IMG/VR virus record: IMGVR_UViG_3300008267_000038
Span: 55,813-75,812 of that record
Length of the DNA: 20,000 nt
Strand: one strand, 5' to 3'
From: an uncultured virus (IMG/VR IMGVR_UViG_3300008267_000038)
Lineage: Duplodnaviria > Heunggongvirae > Uroviricota > Caudoviricetes
A model generated the notes under the pieces. The model saw nothing but the letters and a program-made list of their open reading frames with translations. It did no database searches and had not been told where the DNA came from. The number at the start of each line of letters is the position of its first letter. Position 1 is the stretch's first letter. A program made the translations under genes and the position numbers. Positions 7,980-16,755 of the stretch are shown one piece after another.

Positions 7980-8363
7980 TTACGCCTCGGATGCGATGAG
8001 TTGCCCCGTGGGGAACCGCACCTGGTCATTGATGCCGACGGCTCGGGGTACCGACAGGAGGTTGAAGTACAGGAGGTTGCCTCCCGTGGGCGCGTCGGTG
8101 AGGCCGAACGCCGTCACCGTACCCCACGCCGCCGCCGCAATCGGGAACACCACATCTGCCAAGTTGGCAGCCTGTCCGTTCGCAGGGGTGCTGAACGTCA
8201 CCGTCTGGCGAGCGTACCCACCACCCGTCACCTCGGTACCGCCACCGCTGACCGAGGGGGCCACCGTGTAGAGGGAGACGTAGATGGTGGGCGGGGGAGA
8301 GAACGGCACACTCCGCAGGGCAGCGTTCAAGAAGTTGTTGTCGAGGTAGTAGGTCTTGGGCAT
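7980..8363 (-). CDS. Gp80-like phage tail-fibre/minor tail protein, 127 aa
   Basis: Characteristic IYVSLYTVAP...GTEVTGGGYARQTVTF...VFPIA...WGTVTAFGLTDAPTGGNLLY; start at MPKTYY. Confidence 0.75.
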   Translation of the reverse strand: MPKTYYLDNNFLNAALRSVPFSPPPTIYVSLYTVAPSVSGGGTEVTGGGYARQTVTFSTPANGQAANLADVVFPIAAAAWGTVTAFGLTDAPTGGNLLYFNLLSVPRAVGINDQVRFPTGQLIASEA

Positions 8364-8374
8364 GGGGGTGCGCC

Positions 8375-8791
8375 TTAGCAGTTGGTGGGCTTCATGAAGG
8401 ACGGCTTGAGTCCTCCGCTGCCGCCGCTCGTGGTTTCGCTCACGGACTTCACGACGTCGTACTCCTGCCCGACGATCTGGAGGCCCGTGGGGTACGAGAG
8501 GATGATGCGCCAGAAGCCGACCGCGTTGGGTCGCCATCGGACATTGTAGAAGCCAGGCATCCCAGCGACCTCAGACCAATAGACTCGGCCCGACGACACT
8601 TGAGCATCCGGCACACCAAGGCCTGGCACGAGAGGCCACGGCTGCGCCTCGTTCTGGTAAAAGACTTGGCTGGTCAGACCCGCGATGGATAAGCCGACAA
8701 CTCGTGTGTAGCCGTCGTTCTCATAGAAGTCGGCCATATCCAGCACAATCTGGTTGTTCGTGACAAGTCTTGTGCGGGTCTGGGCGCTCAC
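8375..8791 (-). CDS. Hypothetical beta-rich (Ig-like) structural protein
   Basis: RBS AGGAG before GTG; motif GFYNVRWRPNAVGFWRIILSY. Confidence 0.7.
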   Translation of the reverse strand: MSAQTRTRLVTNNQIVLDMADFYENDGYTRVVGLSIAGLTSQVFYQNEAQPWPLVPGLGVPDAQVSSGRVYWSEVAGMPGFYNVRWRPNAVGFWRIILSYPTGLQIVGQEYDVVKSVSETTSGGSGGLKPSFMKPTNC

Positions 8792-8809
8792 AGGTGACTC
8801 CTGACGTAT

Positions 8810-8835
8810 CTATGGAGGGCGGCTGATAAGGAAAA
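8810..8835 (-). promoter_or_regulatory. Putative late promoter motif (CTTATC-N11-ATAG)
   Basis: Intergenic, after a stop codon and before an RBS; shared spacing. Confidence 0.5.
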
Positions 8836-8837
8836 CC

Positions 8838-9185
8838 CTACCCGTTCACCCACGATGTGCCGTCGAACCGAGTCCCGACCAAGCCTGCTACCGGGGGGTT
8901 GGTGGCATCAAGATCGGCCTGAGCCTTCACATACATGGCTTCCAAAGCCTGTCGAGCATCCGACAGGTCGAAGTCGGCAGGGAATAGCGGGCTGACCTGC
9001 TCCTGCTCGACGAGCGTTCCCGCTTCAAGGGCCGCCTGCACGTCGGCCGGGACGTTCAATACCCTGCTCTTGAACGCGGGCCTCGGGACGATGTTGTTGG
9101 GCGGCGCACCTAACCAGAAAATACAAGTGACCGTCCAAGTGCCGTCTGCGACCGCCGCCGAGTTCTGGACCACGATTCTCTGCAT
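8838..9185 (-). CDS. Hypothetical protein, 115 aa (possible fibre-associated/assembly protein)
   Basis: Fills the gap in the operon; ends in FDGTSW; follows the LamG gene. Confidence 0.7.
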   Translation of the reverse strand: MQRIVVQNSAAVADGTWTVTCIFWLGAPPNNIVPRPAFKSRVLNVPADVQAALEAGTLVEQEQVSPLFPADFDLSDARQALEAMYVKAQADLDATNPPVAGLVGTRFDGTSWVNG

Positions 9186-9191
9186 GACCGC

Positions 9192-9833
9192 CTACTTGAG
9201 GAAAGAAGGGTAACGGTAGTTGGGCCTGCGGTTGTAACCCTCGCCCACGACCACCGACGTTCCTTGGGTAGCCACGCGCCTGCCCGTGGCATCCAAACGG
9301 AATCCGTCGAGAGGCATCCACAACATCAGCCCCGCAGGGTGGGGCCGACTAGAGTGCATCTCTTGGACAACCTCGTGGTCCATCATGGCGCGAGTAAAAA
9401 TCCGAACGTCCGAGATGTGACCAAAAAGAGACTGTGCGCCTGCCGACGCGGAGTTCCCAATCGTGATGCTCGTCCAGTTGAAGAAGGTACGGCCTGTCTC
9501 GTTGACCGTCACCACCTTGCGACCGTCGATGTACCCTTGAATGACGACGCTCTGATTGCTGATAAACCGCATCGAGTAGGCCAAGTGATACCACTTGCCG
9601 ATGGTTAGTTGAGGGCCGTTCACGTCGATGAGGTCTGTCCCGAAGTTGCTGGTCACGCCGTCCGTGTCGGTCGCCAGATAGAGGCCGCCGGGGCGCGTGC
9701 AGCAGAACACGCGGTAGCGGGCCGTCGAGGCTTGAAGGCGGCCCCAAAGGCAAACCGTGAGGTCTTGCGTGGCCGTGTAAGAGGCCGGGACAGAAATCCA
9801 CGATGCGCTTGAACTGGGGAAGTAGAGGGACAC
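9192..9833 (-). CDS. LamG/concanavalin A-like lectin domain protein, 213 aa
   Basis: LTVCLWGR...GKWYHLAYS...YIDG...ITIGN...FGHISDVRIFTRAM...GLMLWMPLD; GTG start overlaps the upstream TAG. Confidence 0.85.
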   Translation of the reverse strand: MSLYFPSSSASWISVPASYTATQDLTVCLWGRLQASTARYRVFCCTRPGGLYLATDTDGVTSNFGTDLIDVNGPQLTIGKWYHLAYSMRFISNQSVVIQGYIDGRKVVTVNETGRTFFNWTSITIGNSASAGAQSLFGHISDVRIFTRAMMDHEVVQEMHSSRPHPAGLMLWMPLDGFRLDATGRRVATQGTSVVVGEGYNRRPNYRYPSFLK

Positions 9834-10954
9834 TAGACGAACCTTCCCCGAACGCCCTGCCAGAAGATTTTGTTGTTGCCTGCCGTCGCGCTCAAAGCCT
9901 GTCCCGATACGTTGGTGACAACAAACCCCCACCGCTCGGGGAGCCGGTCAATGCCGTACAGGCGGCAGAACGAGAACGGGCCAGCGTTGTACTGCGCGGA
10001 CGAGGTGCTGGCCGGGAGGCTGACCAGCAGGACGAGTTCCGTGGGGTTACGGATTGTGAGTGCGGCGTCGGAACCCGTGGCACCCGCCGAGTACGTCGTC
10101 CCGCTATCGACCGTCGCGTACCCATAGACGTTCAAGTACCCGGTCGCAGAGGCCGAGGCCACCGTCTGGTACTTGATGAAGAACAGGGCGTCCTCAAACA
10201 GGTCCGTGGTGTTGTCCACATACGTCGAGGCACGGGCTGCCGTCGCGCTGCTGGCAAGGCTGGCGAGCGTTATGGTGATGGATTGGTTGTTCGTCCCGTA
10301 GGTCGGCTTGATATGGGCGTTGATGGGCGAGTTAGGGCTTAGGCTGACAACGAGGGCAGGGTCAGTAGTGGCGGCTGCCGTGCTGGCCGCCTTGACGACC
10401 GCCGTGTTCGTACCGTCCCAAATCTTTGCCGGGGAGTTCGGGCTTAGGCTGACGACCAACCCGGTGTCCGAGGCGACCGCCGCCGTGCTGGCCGCCGTCA
10501 CCGTCGCGTTCGTCGTACCGTCCGTGATGCGATGGAACCCGGCCCGGCTCGCCGTGTCCATCATCGGCATCGTGTTGGTGCCATCCGTGATGCGGACCGG
10601 CCAGTACCCTGCCAGCGCCGCCGCCGTACCCTGCCCAACCGTCAGGGCGGGCTGGTCACTCGCCAGCGTGACAGGGATGGACGACGCCATAGCCTTCTGG
10701 CCGACCGTCGGAGCCGTGCTACCAAGCCAAGAACCCGTGTTCGTGTCCAGACGGCTGCTCACCAGCGAGGGCGGCAGTTGGTCTGTGACGGTCTTGAGTT
10801 GGCCGGTCGAATCCACGAGCAGGAACCGGGAGGTCGTGCTGTCCTTGCCCGCCAGCATGACCCCGCGAGCGTTAGCCGGTATGGCGGTCGAGTCCTTGAG
10901 CGGGATTTCTACGCCGTCCGTCGTGAACAGGACCGCAACTGGTGAACCGGCCAT
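9833..10954 (-). CDS. Ala/Ser/Thr-rich fibre-like structural protein with internal repeats
   Basis: Repeats of (R/K)I(T/W)DGT and AASTAA...LVVSLSPNSP; motif GQKAMASSIPVTLASDQ. Confidence 0.75.
   Translation of the reverse strand: MAGSPVAVLFTTDGVEIPLKDSTAIPANARGVMLAGKDSTTSRFLLVDSTGQLKTVTDQLPPSLVSSRLDTNTGSWLGSTAPTVGQKAMASSIPVTLASDQPALTVGQGTAAALAGYWPVRITDGTNTMPMMDTASRAGFHRITDGTTNATVTAASTAAVASDTGLVVSLSPNSPAKIWDGTNTAVVKAASTAAATTDPALVVSLSPNSPINAHIKPTYGTNNQSITITLASLASSATAARASTYVDNTTDLFEDALFFIKYQTVASASATGYLNVYGYATVDSGTTYSAGATGSDAALTIRNPTELVLLVSLPASTSSAQYNAGPFSFCRLYGIDRLPERWGFVVTNVSGQALSATAGNNKIFWQGVRGRFV
10326..10600 (-). repeat. Intragenic ~35-aa (105-bp) tandem repeat, about 2.5 copies
   Basis: GGGCTTAGGCTGAC at 10335 and 10440; GCCGTGCTGGCCGCC is also duplicated. 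Confidence 0.85.
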
Positions 10955-11445
10955 TACGTCACCGCCCTTGTACGGCTAGTCTCAAAGACGCCCGAGTAGG
11001 TGATGGTGTCCGTCACCGTCACCAGCACGGTCGAGCCGTCCGTGTCATACGCCTTCCAGACGTTCGTGGCGATGGTCTTGTTGGCGTTGTAGGTGACAGT
11101 CTCCTCGACGATCTTTTTCAGCTTGGCGCTGCTCTCGTACCAGATGAACGAGGTCGGGAACGGGTCAGCCGAGGGGGTCGTTTCCAGATACGCGCCACTC
11201 GTGAAGCCCTCAAAGGGGCCGTTGTGCGCGAGGTGGATGAGTTGCCGCAGGGTCTTGTGGTCAGCGGCGGTCAGTCCCGTCCCGCCCGTGCGCGGGTTGA
11301 ACGTCCCAGCGGCATCCCGAAAGACGTAACTGGAACCGTCGTAGTTGAAGGCACCAGCGACGGTCGGCCCGGTAGCGTTCGTGATGAGCCTGATCTCTTG
11401 ATCCTCGATCAAGGCTCCGGGCCGTCTATCGGGAGTCTGCGGCAT
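10954..11445 (-). CDS. Hypothetical structural protein, 163 aa
   Basis: TAATG coupling with the downstream gene; Thr-rich beta-strand C-terminus. Confidence 0.75.
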   Translation of the reverse strand: MPQTPDRRPGALIEDQEIRLITNATGPTVAGAFNYDGSSYVFRDAAGTFNPRTGGTGLTAADHKTLRQLIHLAHNGPFEGFTSGAYLETTPSADPFPTSFIWYESSAKLKKIVEETVTYNANKTIATNVWKAYDTDGSTVLVTVTDTITYSGVFETSRTRAVT

Positions 11446-11447
11446 CC

Positions 11448-12009
11448 CTACACCTTCTTAGGCCGCCCGCCACGTCGAGCAGGGGTGGCATCTTGGTCTG
11501 CGGTAACGTCGGTGACCGTCTGCTCGTCGGGGGCTGCCTGCTCGGGAGGGGGGCCGACCAAAGATTGTTCAGCGGCGCGAGCCTCGGCCAATCGGCGCTC
11601 CTTGAGAGTTGCACCGGGACGCAAACCGACCGGACGGGCCACAGACTGGTCAGGGTCGGCTTCCAACTGCTCGGCAGCCTCTCGCAGGCGGTTAGCCTTG
11701 GCTTCCTCGTCGTCACGGCACTACGACCCGGTTGTGTTCGGCCTGCGCGGACTGTCCCTGCACGTTCTGCCGCGCCCTCTCAAGGTACTTCTTGATGAGG
11801 CTCGCCTCCTCCAACCCGACCTTGCCCTCGTCCATGTCCTTGTCGATGACGGTCGAAACGACCTCGACGGCCTGTACCGCTTGGCGGTAGGCGACAGCAG
11901 CCCCCTCCAAGCGGTACAGGTCCTTCGTGGTACCTTCCAGCACGTCGTCGAGCCGGTTTCCGATCTCGTTGGCCGTACCAACCTTCACTTCGGCCTTCTC
12001 AATGCTCAT
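11448..12009 (-). pseudogene. Helical protein apparently split by a frameshift/deletion near 11713-11723
   Basis: The 98-aa ORF stops at 11713 (...HNRVVVP*). Another frame reads on as CRDDEEAKANRLREAAEQLEADPDQ...GGRPKKV* with no good start or RBS. Confidence 0.5.
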
Positions 12010-12030
12010 CTAGGTCACTCCGTGCGGGTC

Positions 12031-13587
12031 TTAGATGTACGGGACCACGCAGATAACGTCGTCGGTCTTGAGTCCGAACTCAAACTTCAACTGCCCGTTG
12101 GCGAGGCTGGTGCCGGGGTAGTAGTCGTTGTTGGCAGAAGCGTTCGCACCCGGCTGTAGCAGGTTGCCGTTCAGGTACACGTCGTAGGACGACGTGAACG
12201 TGCCGCTGCTCATGTCGGGCAACTGCGCGTCGAGGTTCGACCCGCCGCTCACGCCACCCACGTCCGCGTTCGCGGCCACGTCGGCGGTCACGTTCGCATA
12301 GACCTTCGCGTTGCGGTTGGCCTGCGAGTACGCGAGGTACACGCCGCGCAGAAGGCTGACCTCTCCGAACGCGGTTTCAAAATCGTCCCACTCCGAGGAG
12401 GCGTTCGACAGCTTGATGCCGTCCGCAACCGACCAAGTGGACCCGGCCCGGTGCGAGTCCGTCAGGAACAAGTGCTGGGCGGCCTTGAACTTGAGGTCGT
12501 TCGCGCCGGTAGTCTCGACCGTGCCAGCCGTAACACCGATGTCGATTTCGGTGGTACCCGTCGCAACCTTCACGCCATTGTCAAAGTCGTTGATAAGGGC
12601 ATCGACCTCAAAGGTGTCGGTGTCAGCCGTCACCAAGACCTGCGTGGTGCCGCCCGCGCTGCCCTCCGTGATCTTGAAGATCGTCGCTTCCGCGTCGTCA
12701 CGGATTTCCCAGTAGAGGCCCGGCCCCTCAATGTCGAGGGTCGAGTTGGTCGTCACGTTGACGGGCGTGCTGCCCTGATCGTCGTAGGCGACCTGACGGG
12801 TCACGATGGCCGACGCAGGAACGTCCGTGACCGCGCCACGCAGGAAGTCCTGCTCGGTCAGGTCCTCAAGCGCCTTGCGCTCGGCAGCCGCGTAGTGAAG
12901 AACCTTGCCCTCGATGTCGGCGGTCGGCACCAACTCAAGGTCGTTACCAGCCGAGTTCAAGCGGACGAACGACAACTGAACACGGGTCGGAGTCGTGTCC
13001 GTGATCGTGTGGCCGTCCGTGCTGGACTCGGATTGAAGCAGCGCGTAGATACGGCGACCGCCCGACAGGATCGGGTCGTGCGTGACCGAATCCACGATGT
13101 CGCAAAGGTTCTTCGGGCTGATCGCGGACGACCCGCCAACCTCCACGAGCGAGGCCGTGCCGAACGAGGCCAAGTACGCGACGACCGTACCAGCCGTCGT
13201 GACCGCGCCGACAGCCGCCGTCGTGTTGCTGGGAAGCTGGGTCGGCCCGAGGATGACGTACTGCTGGCTGGACGGAACCGTGACATCGACCAGATACTTG
13301 TCTGCGGACACCAGCACGCGCTTACGCTCAAGGGCGTGCAGGTCGGTGTTCAGGTCGTTCACGCCACGCTTGGCACCCGCGTCGAGCGCGGACGGCGCGT
13401 TCAGGTCGTCGTACCAGTTACCCGCCTGAATCTTCAACAGGTTGTGGACCTGCGACCGCAGCGAGTTGAGATCGTCCTCGACCGAAACGGGGTTGGTTTC
13501 GTAGTTCGCCAACGAGGGCGCTACGTTGTCCGTGTAGGCGTCGGACTTGCGGATTTGGGTTGCTTGCCGGATGAATGTACGAGCCAT
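12031..13587 (-). CDS. Large acidic virion structural protein, 518 aa
   Basis: RBS GGGAGAG; Thr/Asp/Gly-rich; C-terminal VYLNGNLLQPG...DYY domain. Confidence 0.8.
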   Translation of the reverse strand: MARTFIRQATQIRKSDAYTDNVAPSLANYETNPVSVEDDLNSLRSQVHNLLKIQAGNWYDDLNAPSALDAGAKRGVNDLNTDLHALERKRVLVSADKYLVDVTVPSSQQYVILGPTQLPSNTTAAVGAVTTAGTVVAYLASFGTASLVEVGGSSAISPKNLCDIVDSVTHDPILSGGRRIYALLQSESSTDGHTITDTTPTRVQLSFVRLNSAGNDLELVPTADIEGKVLHYAAAERKALEDLTEQDFLRGAVTDVPASAIVTRQVAYDDQGSTPVNVTTNSTLDIEGPGLYWEIRDDAEATIFKITEGSAGGTTQVLVTADTDTFEVDALINDFDNGVKVATGTTEIDIGVTAGTVETTGANDLKFKAAQHLFLTDSHRAGSTWSVADGIKLSNASSEWDDFETAFGEVSLLRGVYLAYSQANRNAKVYANVTADVAANADVGGVSGGSNLDAQLPDMSSGTFTSSYDVYLNGNLLQPGANASANNDYYPGTSLANGQLKFEFGLKTDDVICVVPYI

Positions 13588-13605
13588 GAAGTCTCTCCCG
13601 AAGGG

Positions 13606-13941
13606 TTAGCTGACCACCACATAGTCGGCCACGAGTTTGTCCCCCGGCCTTGGGGGTTCGACGAGCAGCACCGTGTCGAAGCCGGTACCCGTACCACCGC
13701 CCTCCAAAACAAAATAATCGTCTCGGAGTAGCAGTCTGACGCCGTTCAAGAACACGACAATTTGGATGTAGGGTGTTTCCTGCACAAACTGAGCGTTGTC
13801 TGGCAGCGTGTAGGTGGTGTTGAGGCCGTTCACAACGCCGACAAGGGGCTGTTCCGTCCGATACCTTCGGGCCGGTATGAAGCGGCTTAGGAAGGGGAAG
13901 TTTAGCGATCTCAACGCACCCCTCCCTTCTCGTCGGTCCAC
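13606..13941 (-). CDS. Small structural protein with VFLNG...DY domain (start may be TTG at 13914)
   Basis: GVVNGLNTTYTL...VFLNGVRL...DDY...PPRPGDKLVADY resembles the C-terminus of the 518-aa protein. Confidence 0.7.
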   Translation of the reverse strand: MDRREGRGALRSLNFPFLSRFIPARRYRTEQPLVGVVNGLNTTYTLPDNAQFVQETPYIQIVVFLNGVRLLLRDDYFVLEGGGTGTGFDTVLLVEPPRPGDKLVADYVVVS

Positions 13942-13971
13942 CTTCGAGTAGGTGGGGCGTCTAAAGGTGGC

Positions 13972-13999
13972 TTATCCCCCGCGCAGCATAGGACAAAAA
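13972..13999 (-). promoter_or_regulatory. Putative late promoter motif (CCTATG-N11-ATAA)
   Basis: Intergenic, after a stop codon; shared spacing. Confidence 0.45.
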
Positions 14000-14006
14000 C
14001 CGCTCG

Positions 14007-14195
14007 CTAGGACGGCTCCTTTCGCACCTGTAGGTCTTGTATGTGAAGGGTGCCAGGGGGTGTCTTGGGAGGCAGTCGAACCATCGCCTGACTCGATTCC
14101 GATACCACCCCGACGCCTAAGCCGAGGGAGCGACCCATCCGTAGATGAACCGCTCCCTCGGCTTGCATGATTACTTGGAGGTCAACCTTCGGCAC
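14007..14195 (-). CDS. Small hypothetical protein, 62 aa
   Basis: Fills the gap; purine-rich leader before GTG; PPKTPP motif. Confidence 0.5.
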   Translation of the reverse strand: MPKVDLQVIMQAEGAVHLRMGRSLGLGVGVVSESSQAMVRLPPKTPPGTLHIQDLQVRKEPS

Positions 14196-14206
14196 CCTGT
14201 CCCCAC

Positions 14207-14542
14207 TCAGCGGTAACGTCGCGGAGACGACGGTGTGGCTCGCGGGGGTGTCTTGGGGGCAACCAAGGAGGTCGGACCTGTGATGGGGCGGTCAGTTTTG
14301 GCCTGCGGGCTAACCGAAACCTGGGGAGTCTTAGGGGGCTGCAAAATCTGACGCAGTAACGGCGGGCGGGGAGGCGGTAGCATCCGACGTGGCCGAGGGG
14401 TCACCCGTAGGTTGGCGAGAACGAGCGAGCTATTGTAGGGACCGGCCCCAAAGTCCACCGCCAAGGCCCATTGACAACTCTGCCCGACTTCGGCCGTCGA
14501 GTCGGTGTCAAAGACATCCATATCCAGATCGACAATAGCCAT
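14207..14542 (-). CDS. Hypothetical protein with Pro/Arg-rich tail, 111 aa
   Basis: RBS AAGGGG before ATG 14542 (MAIVDLD...). Confidence 0.6.
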   Translation of the reverse strand: MAIVDLDMDVFDTDSTAEVGQSCQWALAVDFGAGPYNSSLVLANLRVTPRPRRMLPPPRPPLLRQILQPPKTPQVSVSPQAKTDRPITGPTSLVAPKTPPRATPSSPRRYR

Positions 14543-14553
14543 GTCGGACCCCC

Positions 14554-14958
14554 TTACTGCTCGGTGATCGACAACGTGTTCGTAGCAAATTGAGCCGTGT
14601 CCCCGTTCTCGACCAACTTGGGGTTGTTGAGGGTGCCGTAATAGAGCATCGTCCCATCCCCGTGGGTGCCCGACGTATAAATGGCGGCACCCACCACAGT
14701 ACCCCAAGTGTCAGTCGCCACGGGGAAAGTGACGGGCGCAGAGTTACGGGTCAGCCCATTGACAGGAGCCGAGAACGTCACCGCCGTTCGAGCATATCCA
14801 TAGGCGTCCGCGACCTCTGTTCCCGTGTCACCAGGGCTTGAAGGAGCCGAGGTGAGGAGGGCAACGTACACAGTCGCAGAGGGAGTCAGCCCGCCAGGGT
14901 TGTTGCGGAGGAAGAAGTTGAGAACGTTGTTGTCGTGTGTGTATGACTTGGCGGGCAT
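14554..14958 (-). CDS. Gp80-like phage tail-fibre/minor tail protein (paralog of 7980-8363)
   Basis: VYVALLTSAP...GTEV...GYARTAVTF...TFPVATDTWGTV...MLYYG; RBS AGGAG. Confidence 0.75.
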   Translation of the reverse strand: MPAKSYTHDNNVLNFFLRNNPGGLTPSATVYVALLTSAPSSPGDTGTEVADAYGYARTAVTFSAPVNGLTRNSAPVTFPVATDTWGTVVGAAIYTSGTHGDGTMLYYGTLNNPKLVENGDTAQFATNTLSITEQ

Positions 14959-14986
14959 GGGTGCAGACTCCTAGTGAGATCAGATG

Positions 14987-15253
14987 TCACTTCATGTGAC
15001 AGAGCGATTTCAACGTCTTTAGGTTGTGGGCGTAGGGGTTCGCCGCGACCTTGCCGGTGTTGTTGAACCACGCCGCCTTGAGTTCATCGACGTTCGATAC
15101 AGTGGTGTCAAAGACGAAGAACACCTTGCCGGTATCGGCATGGCGGTCCGTCCGTTTCAACTCGACCCCAGCGGTCTGTAGGTAGGCCGCGAAGTAGAGG
15201 TCCGAAGTCTTGAACTCTGGCGTTACGCTCTTTCCCGACATCTGCATCTCCAT
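14987..15253 (-). CDS. DUF5659-like small protein
   Basis: TSDLYFAAYL...G...GKVFFVF...LKTLKSL pattern; actual start may be 15241. Confidence 0.65.
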   Translation of the reverse strand: MEMQMSGKSVTPEFKTSDLYFAAYLQTAGVELKRTDRHADTGKVFFVFDTTVSNVDELKAAWFNNTGKVAANPYAHNLKTLKSLCHMK

Positions 15254-15279
15254 CTAGGTATTGAGGCTCAGGCTCGCCT

Positions 15280-16374
15280 TTAGATGAGCGTGAACTTGTT
15301 GGTCACGAAACTCTTGAACTGGACCTGTGCTTGGATACCCGCCACAACGCCAGCCGGAACCAGCGAGGCCGGAATCACAATGAGGGTGGCCGACACGGTG
15401 CCGCCAGCCGCCACGATGGCGTATTGAGTGAGGGACTTGACGCCACCAGGTAGGTAGAAGGCGACCTTGGTTTCCTCGATCTCCGAGTTCGGAGTACCGA
15501 CGCCAGCCAGCGAGGTACCCGTCAGAGTGACCGCACCAGCGACAGGGGTATTGACCTGGCCGTTCGTCAGGGCGGTCGCCGCATACGCAAACGGCGTGGA
15601 GCCATCATCCGCAACAACCGTGATGGCAGCACCCGGCGTAAACGCAGGGATGCGGGTCGGATCGGGGTTGAAAGACGCGCTCTTGAGCGCCGCCAGATCA
15701 CCGACGAGGAAACTCTCAAGGGCGGTGTTGGACTCCACGAACTTGGGAGCGATGAGGTCGGCGGCGGCCGTCACCTGTGCCGCCGTAGTACCCCCACCCA
15801 GCGAGGCCCGAATGGTCGCGGTGCTGACATCCAACGGACCACCCACCGGCAGGGTCGCGGTGATGTAGGAGCCAGCGGACGGCACCGTGAAGTTTGCACC
15901 ACCAGCCGCGAGAGCCGCAGGGGTGTTGAAGGTCGATCCACCAGCCGTGGTGTCGTACTGGATACGGACACCCTCGCCGGTCGCCGTCGTCCGCAGGGTC
16001 AGCTTGGTGGCCGAAAACGCCACCGCCGAGAACGCCGTACCCAGCAGGGCCGCGTTCACAGCCACCAAGAGAGCCGTCATGTTCGCATACACGCCGGTCG
16101 CCACCGTGACGGACGTGTAAGGGTCAGCCGACGCACCCTTGATCTTGAGGGTCTGATTGCCCGCGTTGATCGTCACAGGGAACGAGATGTTTCCTGCACT
16201 CACGAGAGTCGCCGGAAGGGTAGCGATGAACGGCCCCACCGTCACGGCGGTCGGGCGAGCGATGTACCGAGTCTGACCCGCAGGCTCGGTGGGGAAGTTG
16301 GTCTGAGAGGTCGGCTCAAGGTCGGCCACAAAAACCGAACCCGGCAAGTCTCCACGAATCACGCCTACACGCAT
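15280..16374 (-). CDS. Ala/Thr/Gly-rich virion structural protein with C-terminal IPT/Ig-like domain
   Basis: RBS AAGGAG; C-terminus LTQYAIVAAGGTVSATLIVIPASLVP is shared with 16756-17358. Confidence 0.75.
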   Translation of the reverse strand: MRVGVIRGDLPGSVFVADLEPTSQTNFPTEPAGQTRYIARPTAVTVGPFIATLPATLVSAGNISFPVTINAGNQTLKIKGASADPYTSVTVATGVYANMTALLVAVNAALLGTAFSAVAFSATKLTLRTTATGEGVRIQYDTTAGGSTFNTPAALAAGGANFTVPSAGSYITATLPVGGPLDVSTATIRASLGGGTTAAQVTAAADLIAPKFVESNTALESFLVGDLAALKSASFNPDPTRIPAFTPGAAITVVADDGSTPFAYAATALTNGQVNTPVAGAVTLTGTSLAGVGTPNSEIEETKVAFYLPGGVKSLTQYAIVAAGGTVSATLIVIPASLVPAGVVAGIQAQVQFKSFVTNKFTLI

Positions 16375-16390
16375 TGTCTTGTCTCCTTGG

Positions 16391-16753
16391 TCACTCTGTA
16401 GTGATGAGGCCCCTGGCGGTATCTTCCTTGATGAGCCTCAAAATGTAGGAAAAGTCACTGTAGAACCCTGCGACCGCTCTCACGAACACCAGTTGGTCGC
16501 CCTTCCAAGTGAAGTGTGCTTGTCGCAGGTACACCCTCATCCGAGAGAGGAGTTGGATGTACTTGGCGGCTCGGTCGAGCATCTCCATCTCGTCTCGGGC
16601 CGATACCAGCAGCCGGTAGCGCCTGCTGATGTCCTGTAAGAGACTCCTCGCCTGAGAAACGTACAGGAGATTCGTGGGCCGCCAACGCTTCTCGACGAGC
16701 TTTAGTTGCTCGCTCTCTTGGTCGAGAATCCACGGTAGCAGGCTGAACGACAC
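16391..16753 (-). CDS. Hypothetical helical protein, 120 aa
   Basis: Fills the gap between the two paralogous structural genes. Confidence 0.6.
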   Translation of the reverse strand: MSFSLLPWILDQESEQLKLVEKRWRPTNLLYVSQARSLLQDISRRYRLLVSARDEMEMLDRAAKYIQLLSRMRVYLRQAHFTWKGDQLVFVRAVAGFYSDFSYILRLIKEDTARGLITTE

Positions 16754-16755
16754 CG

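Noticed and set aside
10942..13731. 405-aa and 426-aa plus-strand ORFs
   Set aside because: Fully antisense to well-supported minus-strand genes; composition typical of shadow ORFs
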